Shown here piece after piece: positions 10,557 through 19,429 of a stretch of DNA of 64,000 nt. The position numbers and the translations under genes were made by a program. The stretch comes from Minisyncoccota bacterium. GTDB taxonomy: Bacteria; Patescibacteriota; Minisyncoccia; Phycocordibacterales; JBAYGS01. The stretch spans positions 41,086-105,085 of the forward strand of contig JBAYGS010000003.1 in assembly GCA_041666545.1 (NCBI GenBank), written 5' to 3'. The stretch's first letter is position 1, and every line of letters begins with the position of its first letter. The notes beneath the pieces are model-generated. The model was not told the DNA's origin, searched no databases, and saw nothing but the letters and a program-made list of their open reading frames with translations.

Positions 10557-11342
10557 ATGTACGCACGGAAATCACTGGGTCAACATTTCTTAAATTCGCC
10601 AGCCGCGATTAAGGCCATTATAGATGCTGGACAAATCAAAAAGGATGAAATTATTTTAGAAATCGGGCCCGGTCGAGGAGTCTTGACCGGAGCCTTACTT
10701 CAGAAGACCAGCCGAGTCATCGCAGTCGAAAAAGACAGCCGACTAATGCCGGTTTTGCAGCAAAAGTTCACTAAAGAAATAACTTCCGGTGAGCTGACCC
10801 TGGTGAGCGCCGACATTCTTAACTTTTCTCTGACTGACGACTCACCACTCACTACTCATTACAAACTAATCGCCAACATCCCTTATTATCTAACCGGTGC
10901 GATTTTCAGAAAGTTTTTGGAAACCGAAAATCAGCCGGAAAAAATGGTTTTGCTGGTGCAGAAAGAGGTCGCCGACCGGATTCTGGCCAGAGACAACAAG
11001 GAAAGCTTGCTCTCGCTTAGCGTCAAGGCTTTTGGCAAACCAAAATACATCAAAACTGTTAAGGCCGGTTCTTTTAACCCGCCACCGAAAGTCGACTCGG
11101 CAATTTTAGCCATTGATGAAATCTCGCGAGATTTTTTTAAAGACTGCAGTGAAAAGATTTTTTTCAAATTGATTCATCTTGGATTTGCCCATAAAAGAAA
11201 ACAGCTAGTCGCCAACTTGGCCGGCAGTTATAAGAGGGAGAAGATTACAAAAATTCTAGGGCAGTTGGAATTGTCCCCAACCATCCGAGCCGAGGACCTG
11301 AAAATCAAAGACTGGCAACAGCTGGCCAAACTAATCGCCTGA
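10557..11342 (+). CDS. rsmA: 16S rRNA adenine dimethyltransferase
   Basis: KSLGQHFL, EIGPGRG, ANIPYY, FNPPPKVDS. Confidence 0.96.
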   Translation: MYARKSLGQHFLNSPAAIKAIIDAGQIKKDEIILEIGPGRGVLTGALLQKTSRVIAVEKDSRLMPVLQQKFTKEITSGELTLVSADILNFSLTDDSPLTTHYKLIANIPYYLTGAIFRKFLETENQPEKMVLLVQKEVADRILARDNKESLLSLSVKAFGKPKYIKTVKAGSFNPPPKVDSAILAIDEISRDFFKDCSEKIFFKLIHLGFAHKRKQLVANLAGSYKREKITKILGQLELSPTIRAEDLKIKDWQQLAKLIA

Positions 11343-11370
11343 TACGCAAGGAAACACCGCCAACTTATCT

Positions 11371-11760
11371 TTACCTGGTTGTACCCGTGCCCGGCTTACT
11401 GCCGTAGGTGCCGTCATTTTGAAGATCGACACACGATGTATAAACCCTGATACTGCAAGCTTGGGCATTGCCTTTGCGATAAGTGCCCACTTGATAACGA
11501 CCTTCAACATTATTATTCGGATATAACTTTGAATCTCCTTGGGCATAATAAAGTTTGATAACTGAATTGGTTCTATAATCCAAAATCCAATGGGAGTTGC
11601 CACTACAAGTACAAACACTTGAACCCATTGTGAGCAGGTGCATGCCCCCAAAAGGAGTCTCGTTGCCGGCAGCCTGAGAATCGGTTGCTGACGAGATTAA
11701 TAAAACCAAAGCTAGTGCCAAAAGAGAAACCGTGAGTAATTTTTTTATTACATTTACCAT
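11371..11760 (-). CDS. Small secreted Cys-containing hypothetical protein
   Basis: Signal peptide, PFGG and CTC motifs, four Cys; divergent from the T4SS-like cluster. Confidence 0.65.
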   Translation of the reverse strand: MVNVIKKLLTVSLLALALVLLISSATDSQAAGNETPFGGMHLLTMGSSVCTCSGNSHWILDYRTNSVIKLYYAQGDSKLYPNNNVEGRYQVGTYRKGNAQACSIRVYTSCVDLQNDGTYGSKPGTGTTR

Positions 11761-11833
11761 AACATTTATATTATACACCACCCCTCGCTTTATCGTTTTA
11801 GGAAAACTTTAAAACGCTTGATATAATTAGCTG

Positions 11834-12811
11834 ATGAAAAACAATCGGCTCACTTTATGGGCAAGCATTGTTCTGGCACTTTTGATTGTCGGCGGAACTT
11901 GGTATTTCTCCGTTAGCAAAGACAGTCAACAAAATATCGTCTCTGATAGCAGTGGCTTGAAACAAGTGGCTAGTCTGGTGACAGAAAAAGATTCTGATCG
12001 TGATGGTTTGAAAGACTGGGAAGAGTCACTTTGGGGGACTGACCCAATGAATCCTGATACTGACGGCGATGGCACAAATGATAGTGACGAAGTCAAGGCC
12101 GGAAGAAATCCCTTGATTCAGGGACCAAACGATATCTTGCAAAAATCGGACGACATCACACAAGTCACTAACATCTCCGCAAACGAGGAACTTAGCCAGA
12201 CTGACAAATTCTCGCGCGAACTTTTTGCCCGTTATTTAGCTTTCAAGCAGGGCAGTGAGACTTTGGACCCAAAGAGTCAAGAAATCATTATCAATAGTAT
12301 GTTGGCGGAGAACCAGACGACTATTTCTGCTAAAGTTCATTCTTCAGCCGAGCTAAAGGTGAGCCAAGACAATTCGGCAGCTGCCTTAAAAAATTATGGC
12401 AACCTGCTTGGCGGGGCCATTATTTCGTCTAGTCCGAAAAACACCCGAAACGAGATTACGATTTTAAACGAAGCGGCCCAGTCCGGAGATGAGAACAAAA
12501 TCGGAGAGCTGGACCCAATAATCACCGGCTACCAAGATTTGATCAAAGCTGTTTTGACTATAGAAGTTCCAACAGGGGCCATCTCAATCCACATCGCTTT
12601 CATCAATAGTTTGGAAAAAGTCTTGGTTAATATCAAAACTTTGCGACAATTCTTTACTGACCCGATCGCCGCTTTGTCAGGAATCAATAATTACGAGGGC
12701 GCTGTCACCTCTTTGCAATCAAGCTTGACCGCTTTCAGGAGCTTTTTCCAGGTTAAGGGCATCGTTTTCGAACCGACCGCCCCAGGGAACGCGCTTGTGG
12801 GCAACTTTTAG
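11834..12811 (+). CDS. Membrane-anchored protein with thrombospondin type-3-like Ca-binding repeats
   Basis: N-terminal TM, DSDRDGLKDWEE..GTDP..PDTDGDGTND. Confidence 0.8.
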   Translation: MKNNRLTLWASIVLALLIVGGTWYFSVSKDSQQNIVSDSSGLKQVASLVTEKDSDRDGLKDWEESLWGTDPMNPDTDGDGTNDSDEVKAGRNPLIQGPNDILQKSDDITQVTNISANEELSQTDKFSRELFARYLAFKQGSETLDPKSQEIIINSMLAENQTTISAKVHSSAELKVSQDNSAAALKNYGNLLGGAIISSSPKNTRNEITILNEAAQSGDENKIGELDPIITGYQDLIKAVLTIEVPTGAISIHIAFINSLEKVLVNIKTLRQFFTDPIAALSGINNYEGAVTSLQSSLTAFRSFFQVKGIVFEPTAPGNALVGNF

Positions 12812-12859
12812 CTATTTAAAAACCTTTTCGTGTTAAAATTTAGCCATACAGGAACAAGA

Positions 12860-14764
12860 ATGACCCAAACATTTTGGAAAATTGGTAAAAAATTCCTTAC
12901 CGGGTTGCTTGTTTTGGCTTTTGTAATGCCAATGGTTTTCGCGACTTCGGCGAATTCTGCTAATGCCCAAGATGCAGGTGGGCTTGGTAGTGTCGTCCCT
13001 GTAGGTGACGCCAAAAACTTAGTCAAAAACACCGCCACCGCTTTCTCTACCAATGCCGAGAAAGTGAGAACTTATGTTTTAAACAACATCGCTTACACCG
13101 TAGCCAAAGGCATCGCCCGCCAACTGACAACGAGCATCGTCAACTGGATTAACTCTGGTTTTAACGGCAGTCCGGCCTTCGTCACCAATCCCACACAATT
13201 CTTAATCAATACCGCCGACCGAATTGCCGGCGACTTGATCGAAGGTTCGGAGCTTGGCTTCCTTTGCGACCCTTTCCGCCTCGACATCCGTTTGGCTTTA
13301 GGTTTAAAGTATCGACCTTTCTATGACAAAGTGACCTGTTCTTTTACCGGCGTTGTCAACAATGTGAGAAACAGCGTCTCCGGTTTTACCGATGGCAACT
13401 TTAGAAATGGTGGTTGGGGTAGTTGGCTGACTCTCACCAATCAACCGCAGAATAATGTTTTTGGCGCCTATTTGGAATCACAAAACGAATTGGAAATTCG
13501 CATCGCCGGCCAGAGAATTTTGGAGTCAAAGAAACTTGACTGGGGTGGCGGTTTTCTATCTTGGGAAACTAATTGTCGCGATGTCCCTCTGCCGGGCGAC
13601 TCCGGTTTCGTCGGCCCAACTTTGCCGGGAACAACCGCGAACGCCGTCGGCTCGGGATTTGTCGGACCGGTAAACAGCGGTGCCGGCCAGGTTAGACGCC
13701 AACAGACTTGTGACATCGCCACTCCTGGTAGCGTGATTAATGACCAACTCAAAAAAGCCTTGGGTTCCGGTATCGACCAGCTCAACTTGGCCGACGACTT
13801 CAATGAAATCGTAAATGCCTTGGTAGTCCAGATGGTTACTCAAGTGGCAGGCGGCGGGTCAAATAGACCTAACACGGTAGGTAACACAGGGGGTCTAAAA
13901 GGAGCAAGCCAAGCGTCAACAGGTGGAGGAGCACCCTTAACTTCAGACCTTGCCCGAGTCCAGGACAACGCCTCATTGAAAAATATCATGACTGGTGTGA
14001 AAGCTGAGCTTGACAATATGATTAGCAACGAAATTAGGTACATCGCCACCAAGATATCATCCTTAAACATTCTAAACACCACGGAAGATTCGGTTATTTA
14101 CTTAAGAAGATGTTATGACGAAAAAGTAAACGGCACACAAATCATTACCCAAAACCAAACCCAAACTCGCATCTACTGTTTGATTGGCAACGTACAATAT
14201 GAAGGACAATACTGCAACAACCAACAGGTCTACCAAGTCCAGAGCAACACCCTAATCAATGGCTTGACCCAAACAGAGGCTGCGACTGCCCGATCTAGGA
14301 TGACCGCCGCCGAGACGACAATCCAACAAGCAATTACCCCACTAAAAGCCCCGATTGAACTAGACATAGCCACCGCCCAAACAATTAAAACCGGTTTAAT
14401 TGCTCTTCAGACCGAAATCAACACAACCCTGGCTCAAAATGAGTTGTTTATCAATGCTGACGGCTCACTTAGAGCAGACTTGAGCCTGGCAGACGCGAAC
14501 GCCAATGTCCAGTTGTTAGGCAAAGCTCAACAACTGTCAAACCAATATCAAGCCCTGACTAGTCGAAATGATTTACACCGAGAAGACAGCTTACTTGACG
14601 CCGAATACGAACGCGACTCCGTAGTTCGTCCTCAGATGGCAACATTAATGGACGGAACACCAGGTCCACAAGGTACGCCAGGTATTTCAACAAAGATTGA
14701 AGCTTGTGCCAACTTCCCTTTTGCTGACAGACAAGCCCAAGGCGGTTGGGGAGCAACTCAATAA
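12860..14764 (+). CDS. Large secreted hypothetical protein of the T4SS-like cluster
   Basis: Signal peptide, IVNWINSGFNGSPAFVTNP, coiled coils. Confidence 0.7.
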   Translation: MTQTFWKIGKKFLTGLLVLAFVMPMVFATSANSANAQDAGGLGSVVPVGDAKNLVKNTATAFSTNAEKVRTYVLNNIAYTVAKGIARQLTTSIVNWINSGFNGSPAFVTNPTQFLINTADRIAGDLIEGSELGFLCDPFRLDIRLALGLKYRPFYDKVTCSFTGVVNNVRNSVSGFTDGNFRNGGWGSWLTLTNQPQNNVFGAYLESQNELEIRIAGQRILESKKLDWGGGFLSWETNCRDVPLPGDSGFVGPTLPGTTANAVGSGFVGPVNSGAGQVRRQQTCDIATPGSVINDQLKKALGSGIDQLNLADDFNEIVNALVVQMVTQVAGGGSNRPNTVGNTGGLKGASQASTGGGAPLTSDLARVQDNASLKNIMTGVKAELDNMISNEIRYIATKISSLNILNTTEDSVIYLRRCYDEKVNGTQIITQNQTQTRIYCLIGNVQYEGQYCNNQQVYQVQSNTLINGLTQTEAATARSRMTAAETTIQQAITPLKAPIELDIATAQTIKTGLIALQTEINTTLAQNELFINADGSLRADLSLADANANVQLLGKAQQLSNQYQALTSRNDLHREDSLLDAEYERDSVVRPQMATLMDGTPGPQGTPGISTKIEACANFPFADRQAQGGWGATQ

Positions 14765-14770
14765 TAAAAA

Positions 14771-16507
14771 ATGACCAGACTCAAAAAATATCTGCCATAT
14801 ATCCTGATTGCCGTAATCCTTTGCGGTTTGGCCTTTTCACCTTTACTGATAAACACCGACCATGCTTTGGCGGCTACAGCCGGAGGTTCGTCTGACACCC
14901 CGGGTGGAGAGGGTGGACTAATCAGCACAGTGGCAAGCGGAGTCTTCGATAAATTTATGTCGTCGGTCACTTACATCATCCTCTGGCTAGTCGCGAGGAT
15001 TACTTGGGTCTCCGGCGCCCTGCTCGACCTTTCTGTCTACTACAGTTTGAACTTGGCCACCCTCTTGTCGAGAACTAATATTGTCACTATCGGCTGGACA
15101 ATTTTCCGCGACCTGGCCAATGTTTTCTTCATTTTCATCCTCCTTTATTACGGTATTAGAATGATTATCAGCTTGCCGGTTGATAAAAATTTAATCACGC
15201 GATTGATTGTGGTCGCCCTGCTTATCAACTTCAGCCTCTTTATCAGTCGGGTAGTGATTGACGCTTCAAATGTGGTGGCCTTACAATTTTATAAAGCCAT
15301 TCGGCCAAACTATACTACTGATATATCTAACCCAGATTTTTATTTGGACAACATCTCGAGCCAATTTATGTATGGCTTGCAACTTTCGAGCACCTACGAC
15401 CCGGGCTCTGGCGATAAAAGTGTCCTTCGAGATACAGCCGGTATTGCTTCGAAGAAAATTATCGTGATGATAATGGGCATAATCTTGCTCTTGGTGGCGG
15501 CTTTCGTCTTCGCGGCCGCCGCGATTCTCTTTACCGTGCGAACGGTAGTTTTGATACTCCTGATGATTCTTTCACCAATCGCTTTTATCGGCTCTCTCAT
15601 ACCCAAAACCCAAAGTTATTCTGAAGAATGGTGGACCCAACTTTTCAATCAGTCATTTTTTGCTCCGGCCTACTTGGTTATGACCTATGTCGTTTTGAAG
15701 GCTCTCGGAGGTATCCAAACGATGATTCCTGTACCGGCCGGTGCCTCTTTTACCGACGCTTTCGGAGGAATGGCTTTAACCAGTGTCTCGATAATTATGA
15801 ATTATGTAATTCTGATTATCCTGATGCTTTCTTCTTTGATTATTGCCAAGAGAATGGGCGCTCACGGGGCCGATATGGCACAGAAGGCGGCCGGCAAGAT
15901 GTCGTTTGGGATGGCGGGAGCCTTCGGCAGAACAACCTTCGGCAAAGTCGCTCAATCTTTTGGCGGCAGTAAATTTGCGCAGGGTATGGCTGCCAAATCT
16001 GGGGCCGTTGGCGCCGCCAGCAGGTTAGCACTCAAAGCCACGAATGCTGTCGGCCAGTCTAGCTTTGACCTCAGGGCAACAACGATGGCCGGTGGGGGTA
16101 TAAGCAGTCTTGTTGGCGATGTTGGAAAACCAAGAACAGCAAAAGAACTAGCAAAGGAGGCCGAGGAGGATCGTAAAGTTAAAGCTCAGGCACAGGTCAA
16201 AGCTGATAACGCCAGATTGGGCCAGTCAATTTCCAATCTCGCAACAACCAATCCTGCTGCTATCCCTGGAATTGTCAGTAATTTAGACAAGGACCAGTTT
16301 AAGTCTATTGATCCAAAGATTTTTGTTAACAACTCAACCGCTGCTCAGAGCCTGGAACCAGAACAGCTTAAAAATCTACAGAACAACCCCGACATTACTC
16401 AGGCTGACCGTCGCGCAATTAGACAACACATTTTGAACCTTGGTGCTGTAGGCACACCTACCCACACCTTCATGGATAGTGGCCCTGGTAGTGTTTTGTG
16501 GGCATAA
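14771..16507 (+). CDS. VirB6/TrbL-like polytopic membrane protein
   Basis: GWTIFRDLANVF, R..VL..LMILSPIAF, WW..L..QSFFAP, Gly/Ala-rich tail. Confidence 0.75.
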   Translation: MTRLKKYLPYILIAVILCGLAFSPLLINTDHALAATAGGSSDTPGGEGGLISTVASGVFDKFMSSVTYIILWLVARITWVSGALLDLSVYYSLNLATLLSRTNIVTIGWTIFRDLANVFFIFILLYYGIRMIISLPVDKNLITRLIVVALLINFSLFISRVVIDASNVVALQFYKAIRPNYTTDISNPDFYLDNISSQFMYGLQLSSTYDPGSGDKSVLRDTAGIASKKIIVMIMGIILLLVAAFVFAAAAILFTVRTVVLILLMILSPIAFIGSLIPKTQSYSEEWWTQLFNQSFFAPAYLVMTYVVLKALGGIQTMIPVPAGASFTDAFGGMALTSVSIIMNYVILIILMLSSLIIAKRMGAHGADMAQKAAGKMSFGMAGAFGRTTFGKVAQSFGGSKFAQGMAAKSGAVGAASRLALKATNAVGQSSFDLRATTMAGGGISSLVGDVGKPRTAKELAKEAEEDRKVKAQAQVKADNARLGQSISNLATTNPAAIPGIVSNLDKDQFKSIDPKIFVNNSTAAQSLEPEQLKNLQNNPDITQADRRAIRQHILNLGAVGTPTHTFMDSGPGSVLWA

Positions 16508-16517
16508 AACCTAAAAC

Positions 16518-17276
16518 ATGAGATACGACTCAACAAAACTAAACGAAATTTATAAAACCCTGCCAAAAGATGTTCAGGAAGCGATGTTTTCGGTTGACTC
16601 CGCCAACGCTGTTCAAAAAATCGGCAAAGATAACGGCTTGATGATTGATAAAATGGGTACCCTTGGTCAAATGGTTGGTCTGGTAATGCTCGGTGTCATT
16701 AAATCCGTGAGTTTCGCCAAAGAAATCGAACACGAACTCGGAGTCAACTCAACAACCGCTCAAAAGATTGTCGCTCAAGTAAACGAGCAAATCTTTTTGC
16801 CAATCCGAGAATCGCTCCGGAAAATTCAAGAAAAAGAAATCAAGCCGGAATGGGACAGTGAATCAACCACCACCTTAAACCACGAAGATGTGTTGAAGGG
16901 GATTGAGGAACCCGGAGCAGTCACCGCCGATAAGCAAACCTTACTTAGCGAAAGCAAACCGGCGACCGCACCGGCGCCAGTCAACTTGCCGACCGGACCG
17001 ATGGGGAATGCACCGGCAGAAATCAACGCTTGGCCAAAATCACCTGAAATAACGAAAGCCCCACTCGAAACATCGGCAAAACTAAAAGTGGAAAGCATGG
17101 GAGTAAATATCCTTGAGGATAAAATGAGTAAAGTTGTCCATATCGCTAAAGAAACTAAAATCATTGAGCCAGAACCTTCAAAATTGCCGCCAGTTGCTCC
17201 GAAACCACCAACTCCACCCTCAATGCTGAAGAAGCAATATGGGACAGTTGATCCGTATAGAGAACCGGTAAGCTAG
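16518..17276 (+). CDS. Hypothetical protein with C-terminal DPYREP motif
   Basis: Helical N-domain, Pro-rich linker, DPYREP end. Confidence 0.7.
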   Translation: MRYDSTKLNEIYKTLPKDVQEAMFSVDSANAVQKIGKDNGLMIDKMGTLGQMVGLVMLGVIKSVSFAKEIEHELGVNSTTAQKIVAQVNEQIFLPIRESLRKIQEKEIKPEWDSESTTTLNHEDVLKGIEEPGAVTADKQTLLSESKPATAPAPVNLPTGPMGNAPAEINAWPKSPEITKAPLETSAKLKVESMGVNILEDKMSKVVHIAKETKIIEPEPSKLPPVAPKPPTPPSMLKKQYGTVDPYREPVS

Positions 17277-17279
17277 TTT

Positions 17280-17691
17280 GTAGTGAGTAGTGGGTAGTGA
17301 GTAGTTAAAATGCAAGTCAAAACTTACAAAGATCTGATTGTTTGGCAAAAGTCTATGGAGCTGGCCACTTTGATTTATAATTTAACCAAAGAGTTCCCAA
17401 GAGACGAGGTCTATGGCTTGTCTTCACAAATCAAACGGGCCGTAATTGCAATCCCATCGAATATCGCCGAAGGACAACGCAGGAAGGGGACGAAAGAATT
17501 TATTCAATTTCTACACATCTCTTATGGGTCTGGAGCAGAACTGGAAACTCAGCTGGAATTAGCCAAAAGACTATCTTTCGGTAATTTGAATAGCTATACT
17601 GTCATAGAAAACCTTTTAAACGAAATCATGCGAATGTTAAATAAGTTAATTTACTCACTTCACTAACTACTCACTACCCACTACTCACTAC
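17280..17691. repeat. Perfect 28-bp heptamer-built inverted repeat flanking the four-helix-bundle gene
   Basis: 17280-17307 GTAGTGAGTAGTGGGTAGTGAGTAGTTA is the reverse complement of 17664-17691. Confidence 0.95.
17310..17666 (+). CDS. Four helix bundle protein (23S rRNA IVS protein / TIGR02436-like)
   Basis: YKDLIVWQKSM, FP.DEVYGL.SQ..RA...IPSNIAEG, S.GS..ELETQL. Confidence 0.93.
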   Translation: MQVKTYKDLIVWQKSMELATLIYNLTKEFPRDEVYGLSSQIKRAVIAIPSNIAEGQRRKGTKEFIQFLHISYGSGAELETQLELAKRLSFGNLNSYTVIENLLNEIMRMLNKLIYSLH

Positions 17692-17699
17692 CAACTCCT

Positions 17700-18137
17700 A
17701 TGCGTTTCCAAACACCGCAATTCATAGAAATCGAGGACAAAATTTTTGGGCCTCTCACCCTGAAACAGTTCATCTACCTTTTGGGTGGCGCTGGTTTGGC
17801 TTTCATTTTTTACCGATTCCTTAATATTTTTGTGGCCGTACCCCTAATCATTGCCTCCTTGGGCTTTGGTATCGCTTTGGCTTTTTATAAGATCAACAAC
17901 AGACCATTTGCCTATATTATTGAAGTCGCGGCCAAATATTTCCTACGCAACAAACTTTACATTTGGAAGAAAAAAGATAAACCGGTAGTCCAGAAGACGG
18001 AGAGCAGTGAAGAAGACCTGGTTTCCGGGCTTTATGTCCCCAAACTTTCTGACAGCAAATTAAAAGATCTGGCCTGGAGCCTGGACATCAAAAATGTTGA
18101 GAACCCTGGGACTTCCGAGACCATGCGAGGAAAATAA
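17700..18137 (+). CDS. PrgI family protein
   Basis: MRFQTPQFIEIEDKIFGPLTLKQF, two TM segments, KINNRPF. Confidence 0.88.
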   Translation: MRFQTPQFIEIEDKIFGPLTLKQFIYLLGGAGLAFIFYRFLNIFVAVPLIIASLGFGIALAFYKINNRPFAYIIEVAAKYFLRNKLYIWKKKDKPVVQKTESSEEDLVSGLYVPKLSDSKLKDLAWSLDIKNVENPGTSETMRGK

Positions 18138-18249
18138 TGGACCTAATCGTCATAATATTTTTTTGATTTTCCTCTGTTTTGGGATTTATTTGGAGCTTGG
18201 TGTTTGTTATTTGGTGCTTCTTTATTGGGTTTTATGATAAAATGGCTTT

Positions 18250-18885
18250 ATGGCAAAAGCGAGCAGTTCAGAAACAACTCAAGGATTTGTTCCGATTAAG
18301 GAAGTCAGAGACGGCATCGCCGTTTTGAAAAATGGCGGTTTAAGAGCAATTCTTTTGGCTTCTTCTTTGAATTTTGCGTTGAAATCGGCCGATGAACAGC
18401 AAGCTATCATTTCTCAATTCCAAAACTTTTTGAATTCATTGGACTTCTCGGTACAAATTTTCATCCAATCACGCCGACTAGATATCAGGCCATATATTGC
18501 CCTACTCGAAAGCCGGTACAAAGAACAGCTTTCGGATTTAATGAAAATCCAGACCCGAGAATATATCGAGTTCATCAAGAATTTTACCGAAAACACCAGT
18601 ATTATGAGCAAAAGCTTTTTTGTAGTCATTCCTTACACCCCATCAGTTCTCGGTTCGGGTTCAAAGGGCCTCCTGGGCCGAAAAACCGAAAAGGTGACTC
18701 CGCAGACCTCGATGGAAAACTTCGAGGAAGACAGGAGCCAGCTCGACCAAAGAATTTCTGTCGTGGCCCAAGGGCTGACTCGATCCGGCATCAGAGTGGT
18801 ACAGCTTGGCACTGAGGAAGTTATCGAGCTTTTCTACAAAATTTTTAATCCGGGTGAGAGCGAAAAACCGATCCAAGTAAAATAG
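18250..18885 (+). CDS. TraC/VirB4 N-terminal-like protein
   Basis: SSLNFALKSADEQ..II..FQNFLNSLDFSVQI; lies between PrgI and VirB4. Confidence 0.75.
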   Translation: MAKASSSETTQGFVPIKEVRDGIAVLKNGGLRAILLASSLNFALKSADEQQAIISQFQNFLNSLDFSVQIFIQSRRLDIRPYIALLESRYKEQLSDLMKIQTREYIEFIKNFTENTSIMSKSFFVVIPYTPSVLGSGSKGLLGRKTEKVTPQTSMENFEEDRSQLDQRISVVAQGLTRSGIRVVQLGTEEVIELFYKIFNPGESEKPIQVK

Positions 18886-18964
18886 TGGCTATTTTACTTG
18901 GAATCACCAAACACCAAGAAACAAATTCCAAGCAAACTCCAATAACAGAAACCTGAAAACTTTA

Positions 18965-19429
18965 GTTATTGTTTCTTGGTTATTGATTATCTACATCCAT
19001 GATTCATAAGTTTGATTTAGAAAAGCGAACGACAGATTTTGCAAAAGAAACCATCCTACTTTGCAGGAAATTACCTAAAGACCCGATAAACAACCGCCTA
19101 ATGGGACAAATTGTCGGTTCTTCCGGCTCTATTGGAGCTAATTACCGTGAAGCTAATGACTCACTGGGTAAGAGAGACTTTATCCACCGTTTGAAAATAT
19201 CCCGCAAGGAAATCAAGGAAACACTCCATTGGTTTGATTTGATTGAGACGGCCAATCCTAATTTCAAACCAGTGATACTGCCCCTCGCTAAGGAAGCGAC
19301 TGAACTGCGAAATATCTTTTCGGCGATTATTAAGAAATGCGAGGACAAGCAAGTATAGTATAATTGTATGACTGGTTATTGATGTTTGTTTGGTTATTGT
19401 TTCTTGGTTATTGATTATTTACACCTATG
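18965..19429. repeat. ~37-bp direct repeat flanking the second four-helix-bundle gene
   Basis: GTTATTGTTTCTTGGTTATTGATTATyTACAyCyATG at 18965-19001 and 19393-19429, each ending in a start codon. Confidence 0.9.
18999..19358 (+). CDS. Four helix bundle protein (TIGR02436-like)
   Basis: DLEKRT..FA, Q..GSSGSIGANYREA, DF.HRLKISRKE.KET.HW. Confidence 0.92.
   Translation: MIHKFDLEKRTTDFAKETILLCRKLPKDPINNRLMGQIVGSSGSIGANYREANDSLGKRDFIHRLKISRKEIKETLHWFDLIETANPNFKPVILPLAKEATELRNIFSAIIKKCEDKQV

Noticed and set aside
17310-19358. Four-helix-bundle genes as Avd of a complete DGR
   Set aside because: Motifs fit TIGR02436-like proteins; no reverse transcriptase or template repeat is visible nearby.
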